Shown here piece after piece: positions 42,901 through 50,925 of a stretch of DNA of 64,000 bases. The stretch is from an uncultured Solirubrobacterales bacterium (lineage in GTDB: Bacteria > Actinomycetota > Thermoleophilia > Solirubrobacterales > JBBDJG01), in assembly GCA_963816975.1 (NCBI GenBank), contig CAWFMD010000006.1:1595008-1659007 (forward strand). Direction: 5' to 3'. The translations under genes were made by a program, and so were the position numbers. The notes beneath the pieces are model-generated. The model was not told the origin of the DNA. It made no database searches and worked only from the letters and a program-made list of their open reading frames with translations. Each line of letters starts with the position of its first letter. The first letter of the stretch is position 1.

Positions 42901-42914
42901 CGAACATACGTTCG
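42901..42914. promoter_or_regulatory. LexA (SOS) box
   Basis: CGAAC-ATAC-GTTCG, a perfect match to the Gram-positive/actinobacterial CGAAC-N4-GTTCG core. It overlaps the GTG at 42914. Confidence 0.75.
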
Positions 42915-43540
42915 TGTACACCCCGAACGAGAAGGGCGCGATCGCTGAGCAGGTGATCGCCGCGGAGGCGACCAAGCTCGGCATCGTCGTCTCGCGCCCG
43001 AACGTCGACGCGAGATATGACCTCATCTTCGACACTGGGAGTTCGCTGTGGCGTGTCCAGTGCAAGTGGGGCGCACTCGACGTGGATGCAGGGGTTATCA
43101 AGGTCAGTCTGACGTCAACGTGGTGCACGCCCACCGGATACACCAGGAGCACCTACGCTGCGGGCGAGGTCGATCTCTTTGCGGTGTACTGCGGCGAGCA
43201 GAACCGTTGTTATCTCCTCCGCGGGGATGGACTCGTGGACCGTCGTGCGATCTGGCTTCGACTATCGGAGCCCCGGAATGGGCAGCGAGCGTGCGTTAAC
43301 CTTGCTTCCGACTTCACTTTTGACGGGGCTGTAGCTCAGTTGGGAGAGCGGGGCGCTGGCAGCGCTCAGGTCAGGGGTTCGAGTCCCCTCAGCTCCACTT
43401 CCCCGGCGCCTCCGGAGGCCGTCGGCGCCAATCAGTTCCGCGACCGCTTCGGCTGGTACATGGAGCGGGCAGCGGCTGGCGAGGTGTTCCTGATCACTCG
43501 CCACGGCAGGGCATTCGCCCGGATCACGGGCCCGAGTTAG
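42914..43540 (+). CDS. PD-(D/E)XK endonuclease (I-Ssp6803I / group I intron-associated family) fused to a C-terminal Phd/YefM-type domain, spanning a tRNA gene in frame
   Basis: KGAIAE (E12), RYDLIFD (D36), RVQCK (Q49/K51), Y...EVDLFAVYC. C-terminal VGANQFRDRFGWYMERAAAGEVFLITRHG is Phd-like. No stop codon across the tRNA. Confidence 0.8.
   Translation: MYTPNEKGAIAEQVIAAEATKLGIVVSRPNVDARYDLIFDTGSSLWRVQCKWGALDVDAGVIKVSLTSTWCTPTGYTRSTYAAGEVDLFAVYCGEQNRCYLLRGDGLVDRRAIWLRLSEPRNGQRACVNLASDFTFDGAVAQLGERGAGSAQVRGSSPLSSTSPAPPEAVGANQFRDRFGWYMERAAAGEVFLITRHGRAFARITGPS
43325..43397 (+). tRNA. tRNA-Ala(GGC)
   Basis: 73-nt cloverleaf: acceptor GGGGCTG/CAGCTCC with G3:U70, D arm GCTC/GAGC, anticodon stem GGGCG/CGCTC with GGC at 43358-43360, T arm AGGGG-TTCGAGT-CCCCT, discriminator A. 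CCA not encoded. Confidence 0.95.
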
Positions 43541-43563
43541 TGCGGATCACGGGCCCGAGTCAG
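43520..43563 (+). repeat. Near-tandem direct repeat (18 bp perfect, 20/21 extended)
   Basis: CGGATCACGGGCCCGAGT at 43520-43537 and 43543-43560, at the convergent ends of the nuclease and HD-GYP genes. Confidence 0.9.
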
Positions 43564-44175
43564 CTCGGGCTCTGCTCGTTCCACGACCCGCAGGAACGCC
43601 TCCACCACGACCTCGTCGAACTGGCCGCCCGCACACGCGCGCAACTCCGCGCACGCGCGGTGGCTCCCGATCGACGACCGGTACACGCGGTCGTTCGTCA
43701 TCGCCTCGTAGGCGTCGGCGACGGCCAGGATGCGCGCCTCGAAAGGGATGTCGTCCCCCGCCAGGCCACGCGGATACCCGCAGCCGTCCGGGCGCTCGTG
43801 ATGGCAGTAGATCCACTCGCGGATCTGGTCCAGTCCGGAATCCTCCAGCAGCTCCACGGCGATCCACGGATGGCGGCGCATCTCGAGCCACTCGATGTCG
43901 CTCAACGGGCCGGGCTTCGCGAGGATCCGTTCCGGGATCGCAGACTTGCCCACGTCGTGCAGCAGCCCCGCCACCCGGATGTCGTCGACGACGTCGTCGG
44001 GCAGGTCCAGCTCGCGCGCGGTCAGCTCCGCGTAGTGGGCGACGACCTGCGAGTGCCGCTTCGTGCCTCCGTCGCGGGAGTCGATCCTGCGCGCGATGTC
44101 CAGCGCGCGGTCGACCGACTGGGCCACGGCGCGGCGCGGGCCCGCCAGGCGGGGGATCAGCTCATCCACGGACAT
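43537..44175 (-). CDS. Stand-alone HD-GYP domain phosphodiesterase
   Basis: HSQVVA, LLHDVGK, HHERPDGCGYP, RILAVADAYEAMT.DR.YR. AAGGAG RBS (ATG 44175 or GTG 44169). Confidence 0.92.
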   Translation of the reverse strand: MSVDELIPRLAGPRRAVAQSVDRALDIARRIDSRDGGTKRHSQVVAHYAELTARELDLPDDVVDDIRVAGLLHDVGKSAIPERILAKPGPLSDIEWLEMRRHPWIAVELLEDSGLDQIREWIYCHHERPDGCGYPRGLAGDDIPFEARILAVADAYEAMTNDRVYRSSIGSHRACAELRACAGGQFDEVVVEAFLRVVERAEPELTRARDPH

Positions 44176-44264
44176 CTCCTTACGACCGTGCCCGGCCGAA
44201 TCCTGCGCGCGCCGCAACCACGGCACGGAAAATCCCTGCCGCGATGGACCGTCGGCCCGATGAT

Positions 44265-44293
44265 AAAAAGGGCCCGCCTTGCGGCGGGCCCTT
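44265..44293 (-). terminator. Rho-independent terminator
   Basis: Minus strand AAGGGCCCGCC-GCAA-GGCGGGCCCTT followed by TTT: an 11-bp stem, GNRA loop and U-tract. Confidence 0.85.
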
Positions 44294-44466
44294 GGGCCAT
44301 GGGAAGCGCGGATGTCCGCGCGAGCGGATATGTATTTTTTTGTCGCCGGGCTAGCCGGCGTACTGCTCCTCGATCGGATGGTCCCGCTGGAGCTCCGCGT
44401 TGCGCGGAGCCGGCACGGACGTGGCCATCGACTTCCTGGTGTGACCGTGTCGGGGGACATCCATGC
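44265..44466 (-). ncRNA. Candidate structured non-coding RNA, 6S (SsrS)-like rod with central bubble
   Basis: Hand pairing on the minus strand: GGAUGUCC/GGACAUCC closing helix (44462-44455 with 44317-44310), CGA and CGG pairs, a central bubble with an A-rich 3' side (ACAAAAAAAUACAUAU), GUCG/CGAC and GCCGGC/GCCGGC helices, apical hairpins. It ends in a terminator. Confidence 0.5.
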
Positions 44467-44525
44467 CGACTCAACGATGGGGACTCGCCGAACCTGCGCG
44501 TTCCGGCGGCTGCTGGACGTACGTA

Positions 44526-44963
44526 CTAGCGCCCGCGCGCACGCTGTCGCGCGGGCCGGCCGCGCGGCTGCACGCGCTGCACGCGCAGCTTCGCCCGCAT
44601 GCCGAGCTGCGCGTGGCCCGGCAAGGAGCACCACAGCTTGTAGCGGCCGGCCGGCAGCCGCGCCTCGAGCTCGGCCAATCCTCCCGACGGTGTCTCCGGC
44701 ACCGCGAACGTACGTCGCGCCGAGACGCCTCTGGGGACGATGCGCCGCAGGCGCAGGTCGTGCGGGTCCTCGCCGCGATTCAGGAGCTGGATCAGGGCCG
44801 GACCCGCGGCGATGCTCTGCCGCGACAGCAGCAGGCTGTGCTCCTGGGCGGACACCAGCAGGCGCGCGGGTGGGCGTTCGCGCCGCGCCCCGGCGGCCGC
44901 GGTGCCCCCGAGCACGGCCGCGCAGGCGACCGCGGCGACCGCCGCCATGAGCGCGCGCCTCAT
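44526..44963 (-). CDS. Secreted cupredoxin (type 1 copper protein)
   Basis: Signal peptide. His in EDPHDL plus WCSLPGHAQLGM (C-x4-H-x4-M). ATGA coupling to the DUF1501 gene. Confidence 0.85.
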   Translation of the reverse strand: MRRALMAAVAAVACAAVLGGTAAAGARRERPPARLLVSAQEHSLLLSRQSIAAGPALIQLLNRGEDPHDLRLRRIVPRGVSARRTFAVPETPSGGLAELEARLPAGRYKLWCSLPGHAQLGMRAKLRVQRVQPRGRPARQRARGR

Positions 44964-46336
44964 TTCAACAGCGCCGGGCGCCCGAACCGTGCGGCCTCGG
45001 GCATCACGGCGCCGGCGTCGTGGCCGAACCACTGCTCCAGCAGGCTGCAGTAGACGCTCCGGTAGTCCGACGTCGCGCGCAGGTTGCCGTCGTCATCGAG
45101 CCGGTCCATGCCCGGGTACTCGCCGATCATCGTCCCGCGGGCCCGCGTACCGATCAGCATCCCGAGCCCGGCGGCGCCGTGGTCCGTGCCGTCGGAGCCG
45201 TTCTCCTCGCCGCGGCGGCCGAACTCCGACCACACCTGCACGAGCACCCGGTCGGCCAGGCCGCGCGCCTCGAGGTCGCGCTGGAATGCGAGCAGCCCGT
45301 CGGCGGTGGCCTGCAGGTTCTCCGCGAGGTCGGTGGGCTGGCTGTCGTGGGTGTCGTAGTCGCCGGGCGCGTTCAGTGCGACGCACTTGAGCGGCAGCGC
45401 GCCGCCCAGCATCGCGGCCAGCGAGGCGAGGCGGCGCGAGAACCCGGAGTCGTCGGAGGCCGGATAGGCCACGGGGCTCTGGATCTGCTTGCCGCCGAAG
45501 GGCAGCAGCTGCTGGCGCAGGCGCGCGGACTGCACGGCCACCGCGCCGGCCGCGCCCATCGCGGAGTCGCGGCTGCCCGCATGGGCGTTCCCGATCGACT
45601 GGAACGACTCGAGCATCCAGTCCTCCACCTCGCCCCAGACGCCCGGCGCCCAGAAGTCGTAGTCGCCCGGCCCGTCGATCGCCGCGACCGGCATCCGGGC
45701 CGTGGCGAGCGCCGGCGCGAGGTCGCCGCTGAGCGCCAACCCCTGGAGCGGGTTGTCCGGCCGTCCCACGCGGTCCAGGAAGCGGCCCAGCCAGCCCGTC
45801 GCGAGCTTCGGCTGCAGCGCCCCGACCTCGTAGAAGTGGCGGGAGTTGAAGTGGGACTGGTCGGGGTGGTCGTAGCCCACCGCGGGCATCACCGACGCCT
45901 TGCCCTCGGCGTGCAGGGTCGCGAGCCCGGTGGCGGAGGGGTGCCAGTGCAGGCGGGGGTCCTCGGGGAACGGCGTGCCCTCGGATTCGGCGAGCGCGAG
46001 CCGCGGCCGCAGCCGCCGGTAGGAGGCGTCGCCCACCGGCGCGAGCACCGAGAGCGAGTCCACGCCGCCGGGCATGAAGACCGACACCAGCACGCGATCG
46101 CTCGGCGCGGCGGCTGCCGCGACGCCCTCGCGCAGGGCGGCGACGTCAAGCCGGGTGGCGCCGTAGAGCGACAGCACCACGCCGCTGCCGCGCAGCAGGA
46201 ACTGGCGCCGGTCGAGGCCCTTGCCGGCGGCCAGCGGCGCACGTGGGTCCCGCGGTGCCGCCGCCCGCCCCGCGCCCGCCGCGGCCCGGCGCAGCGCCTG
46301 CGAGCGCGTGAAGTCGTTGCAGCAGTTGTGCGACAT
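44960..46336 (-). CDS. DUF1501 domain protein with twin-arginine-like signal
   Basis: LDRRQFLL, VSVFMPGGVDSL, VGYDHPDQSHF, YDTH, VWSEFGRR, GTDHG. ATGA coupling to the DUF1800 gene. Confidence 0.88.
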   Translation of the reverse strand: MSHNCCNDFTRSQALRRAAAGAGRAAAPRDPRAPLAAGKGLDRRQFLLRGSGVVLSLYGATRLDVAALREGVAAAAAPSDRVLVSVFMPGGVDSLSVLAPVGDASYRRLRPRLALAESEGTPFPEDPRLHWHPSATGLATLHAEGKASVMPAVGYDHPDQSHFNSRHFYEVGALQPKLATGWLGRFLDRVGRPDNPLQGLALSGDLAPALATARMPVAAIDGPGDYDFWAPGVWGEVEDWMLESFQSIGNAHAGSRDSAMGAAGAVAVQSARLRQQLLPFGGKQIQSPVAYPASDDSGFSRRLASLAAMLGGALPLKCVALNAPGDYDTHDSQPTDLAENLQATADGLLAFQRDLEARGLADRVLVQVWSEFGRRGEENGSDGTDHGAAGLGMLIGTRARGTMIGEYPGMDRLDDDGNLRATSDYRSVYCSLLEQWFGHDAGAVMPEAARFGRPALLK

Positions 46337-47766
46337 CAGGCCGCCTGCAGGTCGGGCGACGTGGCGACCAGCACGCGCAGCGCGTTCTGGCGCAGGATGG
46401 GATAGGTCCTGCGCTTCGACGTGCTGGTCGCGCCTCGCTCGCAGCGCTCGGCGAACGCGACCAGCCGCGACCGCGTCGCGGGCGAGATCGCGGGCCCGCC
46501 CCAGAAGTCGATCGCCCGCTGCACCGCCGTCGCGGGCGCGTCGGGCTCGTAAGGGGCGTCGGTCTTCAGCTCGCGCTCGCGCACCGCGCGCGTGACCGCG
46601 ATCCACCGCCCGCGCCACGTGCCGGTGTCGAGCCAGCGCTCGTCCTGCCAGCCGGCCACGTTCGGTGGATAGAAGAGTCGCTGGCGCATCACGTCCGACA
46701 TCCAGGTCCACGACTCGGTGTCGACGCCGCGCCGCATGCCGCGCAGCAGCCCCGCGAGGAACACCACGGGCGGCTTTACCATCCGCGGCCCGCGATACAG
46801 GCTCGGGTGCTTCAGGATCGCCTCCAGCACCGGCCTCACGCGGTGTCCCTCGCGCACATACAGGCGCTGGAGCGCAAGGCGCGTGTGCTTGCCCGGCGGC
46901 ACGGGGATGAAGTACGACCACAGCTTCTCGATGAAGAACGAGGGGTGGCTTTCGTGCTCGAGGCACAACCGGCAGGAGTCGCGCCAGTCGAAGCGCCCCC
47001 GCTCGCCCAGCACCTTCTTCACGCCGCGATCGTGCTGCTCGGGATCGAAGCGGAAGTTGTGCGGTCCCACGCCGTCGTCCCAGTCGTTCTGGAAGCCGGT
47101 CAGCGCACGTGCCTGCTCGCGCACGTCCTGCTCGGTGTAGCCGCGGTCTGCGCCGAGCGTGAACAGCTCCATCAGCTCACGTGCGTAGTTCTCGTTGGGC
47201 GACTCCGCCGTGTTCTCGGAGCCCGACAGCCACAGCAGCATCGCGGGGTCGCGCGTGACCCGCACCAGCAGGTCGTCGAACGTGCCCAGCCCGTGCTTGC
47301 GGAAGAGCTCGTTCTGGTGGAGCATCAGGCGCTGCGCGCCCACGCCGTCGTTGGAGGTGGCGAACCAGTCGTGCCACACGAGCGCCATGCGCTCGACCAG
47401 TGGCCGGTTCGACCGGACCATGCGGTCCAGCCACCACAGGTGGTCGTGCCCCCAGGCGTCGGCCGGCGCCAGCGGCCGCCCGTCGTCGTCGGTGGGGGCG
47501 GGACCGGTGAGCTTCTCCTTGGCAGGTCGCGTGAGCGACTCCACCGCGCCCTTGAGGCCCTTCTGCGCCAGCCTCTGCGCCTCACCCGGACGTGGGCCGA
47601 ACCCGGCGCGCCACAGCAGGCGCTCCGCCTGTGCGGGGCCGAACCGCCCCTTGTAGCGCGGCACGTTCGATCCGGCCGGGCGCCGTCGCCGGCGCCGGCG
47701 CCCGCGCGTGCGCCTCCTCGCGGCCAGCGCCTCCAGCTGTTCCTCCTCGTTGCGTCCCTGCGGCAC
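46336..47766 (-). CDS. DUF1800 domain protein (start uncertain)
   Basis: LLWRAGFGP, ERMALVWHDWFATS, DPAMLLWL, PNENYARELMELFTLG, ARALTG, PPNVAGW. Confidence 0.9.
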   Translation of the reverse strand: MPQGRNEEEQLEALAARRRTRGRRRRRRRPAGSNVPRYKGRFGPAQAERLLWRAGFGPRPGEAQRLAQKGLKGAVESLTRPAKEKLTGPAPTDDDGRPLAPADAWGHDHLWWLDRMVRSNRPLVERMALVWHDWFATSNDGVGAQRLMLHQNELFRKHGLGTFDDLLVRVTRDPAMLLWLSGSENTAESPNENYARELMELFTLGADRGYTEQDVREQARALTGFQNDWDDGVGPHNFRFDPEQHDRGVKKVLGERGRFDWRDSCRLCLEHESHPSFFIEKLWSYFIPVPPGKHTRLALQRLYVREGHRVRPVLEAILKHPSLYRGPRMVKPPVVFLAGLLRGMRRGVDTESWTWMSDVMRQRLFYPPNVAGWQDERWLDTGTWRGRWIAVTRAVRERELKTDAPYEPDAPATAVQRAIDFWGGPAISPATRSRLVAFAERCERGATSTSKRRTYPILRQNALRVLVATSPDLQAA

Positions 47767-47917
47767 CGGCGGTCCTCCTGACCCTTGACCCTCTACTGCC
47801 TCAACGCCCTATTCGACATCCCGTACTCGATCGTGAGGACCCCGCTGGACCCATGTTCGAGGGCACGCTTGAGGGCCCCGTCGCGAGGTTCTCCGTCGCG
47901 GTCGATTTAATGGATGC

Positions 47918-50425
47918 ATGAGCGTGCCCCCCGACAGCGCACCCGACCGCTACGACGCCCGCTTGATCGAGCGCAGATGGCAGGATCTGTGGGAGCGTGA
48001 GGGAGCCTGGGAGGTCCCGAGCCCGGGCGACCCGGGCTTCGACCCGGACATGCCCGAGAGCTACGTGCTGGAGATGCTGCCCTACCCGTCGGGCGAGCCG
48101 CACATCGGTCATCTCAAGAACTATTCGATGGGAGACGCGCTGGCGCACTACCGGCGCCGCCGGGGCATGCGGGTGCTGCACCCGATGGGCTACGACGCGT
48201 TCGGCCTGCCGGCGGAGAACCACGCGATCAAGACCGGCGAGCACCCCGCGGTCTCGACGAACAAGTCGATCGAGGAGTTTCGCCGCCAGTTCCGCTCGTG
48301 GGGGATCTCGATCGACTGGCGGCGCGAGTTCGGCACGCACGAGCCCCGCTACTACCGCTGGACGCAGTGGATCTTCGTGAAGCTGTACGAGCGGGGGCTT
48401 GCGTATCGCAAGCGCGCACCGGTCAAGTGGTGTCCCCTCGACCAGACGGTGCTCGCCAACGAGCAGGTGATCGACGGCGCCTGCGAGCGCTGCGGCACGC
48501 CCGTCGTGGTGAAGATGCTGGAGCAGTGGTTCTTCAAGATCACCGAGTACGCCGACCGCCTGCTGGAGGATTTCAGCCTGCTGGAGTCCTGGCCGCAACG
48601 CGTGATCACCATGCAGCGCAATTGGATCGGCCGCTCGGAAGGCGCCGAGGTGGTGTTCCACTGCCCGGATCCGGTGATCGACTTCCCCGTCTTCACGACG
48701 CGCCCGGACACGCTGTTCGGCGCGACGTTCTTCGTGCTCGCGCCCGAGCATCCCGACCTCGAGCGCCTCGCCGCGGGCACGTCCATGGAGGAACGCGTGC
48801 GCGAGTACGTGCAGCACGCGCTGAAGCAGTCGGTCGAGGAGCGCGCCAGCACCGAGCGTGAGAAGACGGGCGTGTTCACCGGCCGCGAGGTGATCAACCC
48901 CGTCAACCACGAGCCGATCCCCGTCTACGTGTCCGACTACGTGCTGATGGACTATGGGACCGGCGCGATCATGGGGGTCCCCGCGCACGACGAGCGCGAC
49001 TTCGAGTTCGCCCGGAGGTTCGGGCTGCCGATCCGGCCGGTGGTCGATCCGGCCGCCGACGAGGGGACCGCCGACCACGCGTTCGTGGGCCACACCGAGC
49101 ACGAGCGGCTGATCAACTCGGGCCAGTTCACCGGCATGGCCGTGCCGGAGGCGACCGCGGCGATCATCCGGTGGCTCGAGGGCGAGGGCCAGGGACGTCC
49201 CGCGGTCAGCTACCGGCTGCGCGACTGGCTCGTGTCCCGCCAGCGCTACTGGGGCGCGCCGATCCCGATCGTGTACTGCGAGCAGTGCGGAATGGTGGCG
49301 GTGCCCGCGGACCAGTTGCCCGTGCTGCTGCCCGACATCACCGACTACACGCCCAAGGGCAAGCCGCCGCTGGCGGCGAGCGAGGAGTTCGTGAACACCA
49401 CGTGCCCCAGCTGCGGGGGCCCGGCGCGCCGCGAGACCGACACGATGGACACCTTCGTCGACTCCTCCTGGTACTTCCTGCGCTACTGCGACCCGGACAA
49501 CGACCGCGCGCCGTGGGACAAGGGGATCGTCGACCACTGGATGCCGGTCGACCAATACATCGGCGGCGTCGAGCACGCGATCCTGCACCTGATGTACGCC
49601 CGCTTCTTCACCAAGGCGCTGGCGGACATGAACCTGGTTGGCTTCCTCGAGCCGTTCGCGAACCTCTTCACCCAGGGGATGATCACCTACCAGGGCGCGA
49701 AGATGTCGAAGTCGAAGGGGAACACGGTCAGCCCGTCCACGATCGTCGAGCGCTTTGGCGCCGACACCGCCCGCGCCTACATCCTGTTCCTGGGCCCGCC
49801 CGAGCACGACGCCGACTGGTCCGACGACGGGGTCGGTGGCGTGCACCGCTTCCTGGGGCGTGTCTGGCGGCTGCGCCCGGTCGGCGGGGACCCGCTCGTG
49901 TCGCCGGCGGCGGACGAAGTCGCCGGCGCGGCCCTCGAGCTGACCCGCAAGGCGCACTGGGCGATCCAGAAGGTGACGGGCGACATCGAGCGCTTCCAGT
50001 TCAACACGGCGATCGCCGCGCTGATGGAGCTGGTCAACGAGATCTACCGCGTCGACGCGGAGCTGCGCGGCGACGAGTCCGGCGAGCACGCCGTCTCGTT
50101 CGCCACCGCGACGGTCGCATCGCTGCTGTTCCCGTTTGCTCCGCACCTGGCGTGCGAGGTCTACGAGCGGGTGACGGGGAGCCGCGTGTGGGAGGCGGAT
50201 TGGCCGGAGGCCGACCCCGCGCTGCTCGAGACCGACACGGTCAACATCGTCGTGCAGGTCAACGGGAAGGTGCGCGACAGCGTCGAGGTCGACGCCGGCG
50301 CCGGCGAAGATGAGCTGAAGCAGGCAGCGCGGGCGCGGCCGAAGGTGCAGCGCCATCTCGACGGCCGCCAGGTGGCGCGCGAGGTGGTGGTGCCGGGCAA
50401 GCTCGTGAATTTCGTGGTCCGCTAG
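47918..50425 (+). CDS. leuS: Leucine--tRNA ligase
   Basis: MLPYPSGEPHIGH, FTTRPDTLFG, DWLVSRQRYWGAPIP, DTFVDSSWY, KMSKSKGN. Confidence 0.98.
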   Translation: MSVPPDSAPDRYDARLIERRWQDLWEREGAWEVPSPGDPGFDPDMPESYVLEMLPYPSGEPHIGHLKNYSMGDALAHYRRRRGMRVLHPMGYDAFGLPAENHAIKTGEHPAVSTNKSIEEFRRQFRSWGISIDWRREFGTHEPRYYRWTQWIFVKLYERGLAYRKRAPVKWCPLDQTVLANEQVIDGACERCGTPVVVKMLEQWFFKITEYADRLLEDFSLLESWPQRVITMQRNWIGRSEGAEVVFHCPDPVIDFPVFTTRPDTLFGATFFVLAPEHPDLERLAAGTSMEERVREYVQHALKQSVEERASTEREKTGVFTGREVINPVNHEPIPVYVSDYVLMDYGTGAIMGVPAHDERDFEFARRFGLPIRPVVDPAADEGTADHAFVGHTEHERLINSGQFTGMAVPEATAAIIRWLEGEGQGRPAVSYRLRDWLVSRQRYWGAPIPIVYCEQCGMVAVPADQLPVLLPDITDYTPKGKPPLAASEEFVNTTCPSCGGPARRETDTMDTFVDSSWYFLRYCDPDNDRAPWDKGIVDHWMPVDQYIGGVEHAILHLMYARFFTKALADMNLVGFLEPFANLFTQGMITYQGAKMSKSKGNTVSPSTIVERFGADTARAYILFLGPPEHDADWSDDGVGGVHRFLGRVWRLRPVGGDPLVSPAADEVAGAALELTRKAHWAIQKVTGDIERFQFNTAIAALMELVNEIYRVDAELRGDESGEHAVSFATATVASLLFPFAPHLACEVYERVTGSRVWEADWPEADPALLETDTVNIVVQVNGKVRDSVEVDAGAGEDELKQAARARPKVQRHLDGRQVAREVVVPGKLVNFVVR

Positions 50426-50478
50426 CTGGCGGGAGGCGGCACGCATGGCTGCCCACCCGCACCACTACAATCTGCGCC

Positions 50479-50874
50479 GTGCGGGTCCGGCGCCTCTCAG
50501 ATGCGGCCGTCCAGGAACGCGGCCGGCTGCGCTCACATTTCCTGATGGACGCGGGCGACCTCGGCTCGCGCAACATGACGGTCACCTGGGTGGACGTCCC
50601 GCCGGGCGCGGAGCAGCGCGCGCATTCGCACGCTGAGTCCGAGCAGGTGTACGTGATCGTGCGCGGCCGCGGGCGCATGTCGGTCGCGGGCGATGTGGAG
50701 GAGGTCAGCGAGGGCGACCTCGTGTTCATTCCCCCGGCTACGGCCCACGGCGTCGTCAACGACGGGCCGGAGATCCTCGTCTACATCGCGGCGGCCTCGC
50801 CGCCGGTGTCGATGCAGGAGCTCTACAGCGCGGAGCTGGCGCCCGACGTGGCCGGCTACGTCGAGGACGAGTAG
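50479..50874 (+). CDS. Cupin domain protein
   Basis: HSH..SEQVY...G, and GDLVFIPP...H. Confidence 0.88.
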   Translation: MRVRRLSDAAVQERGRLRSHFLMDAGDLGSRNMTVTWVDVPPGAEQRAHSHAESEQVYVIVRGRGRMSVAGDVEEVSEGDLVFIPPATAHGVVNDGPEILVYIAAASPPVSMQELYSAELAPDVAGYVEDE

Positions 50875-50925
50875 CCACACAATTCTGACTCAGGCGTCTG
50901 GAGCGGTACGGGTTGCGCCCGTACG

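Noticed and set aside
43325-43397. tRNA-Ala as attachment site of a prophage or integrative element
   Set aside because: No integrase and no duplicated tRNA 3' end seen elsewhere in the window.
43410-43540. Type II toxin-antitoxin pair
   Set aside because: The Phd-like segment has no evident own start or RBS, lacks a toxin-binding tail, and no toxin gene follows.
44176-44520. c-di-GMP or c-di-AMP riboswitch upstream of the HD-GYP gene
   Set aside because: The hallmark motifs I recall (GGGCAAACC...GACGCAAAGC; GCUGAAUCC...GGGGGAACC) are absent. Kept only as an unclassified structured RNA.
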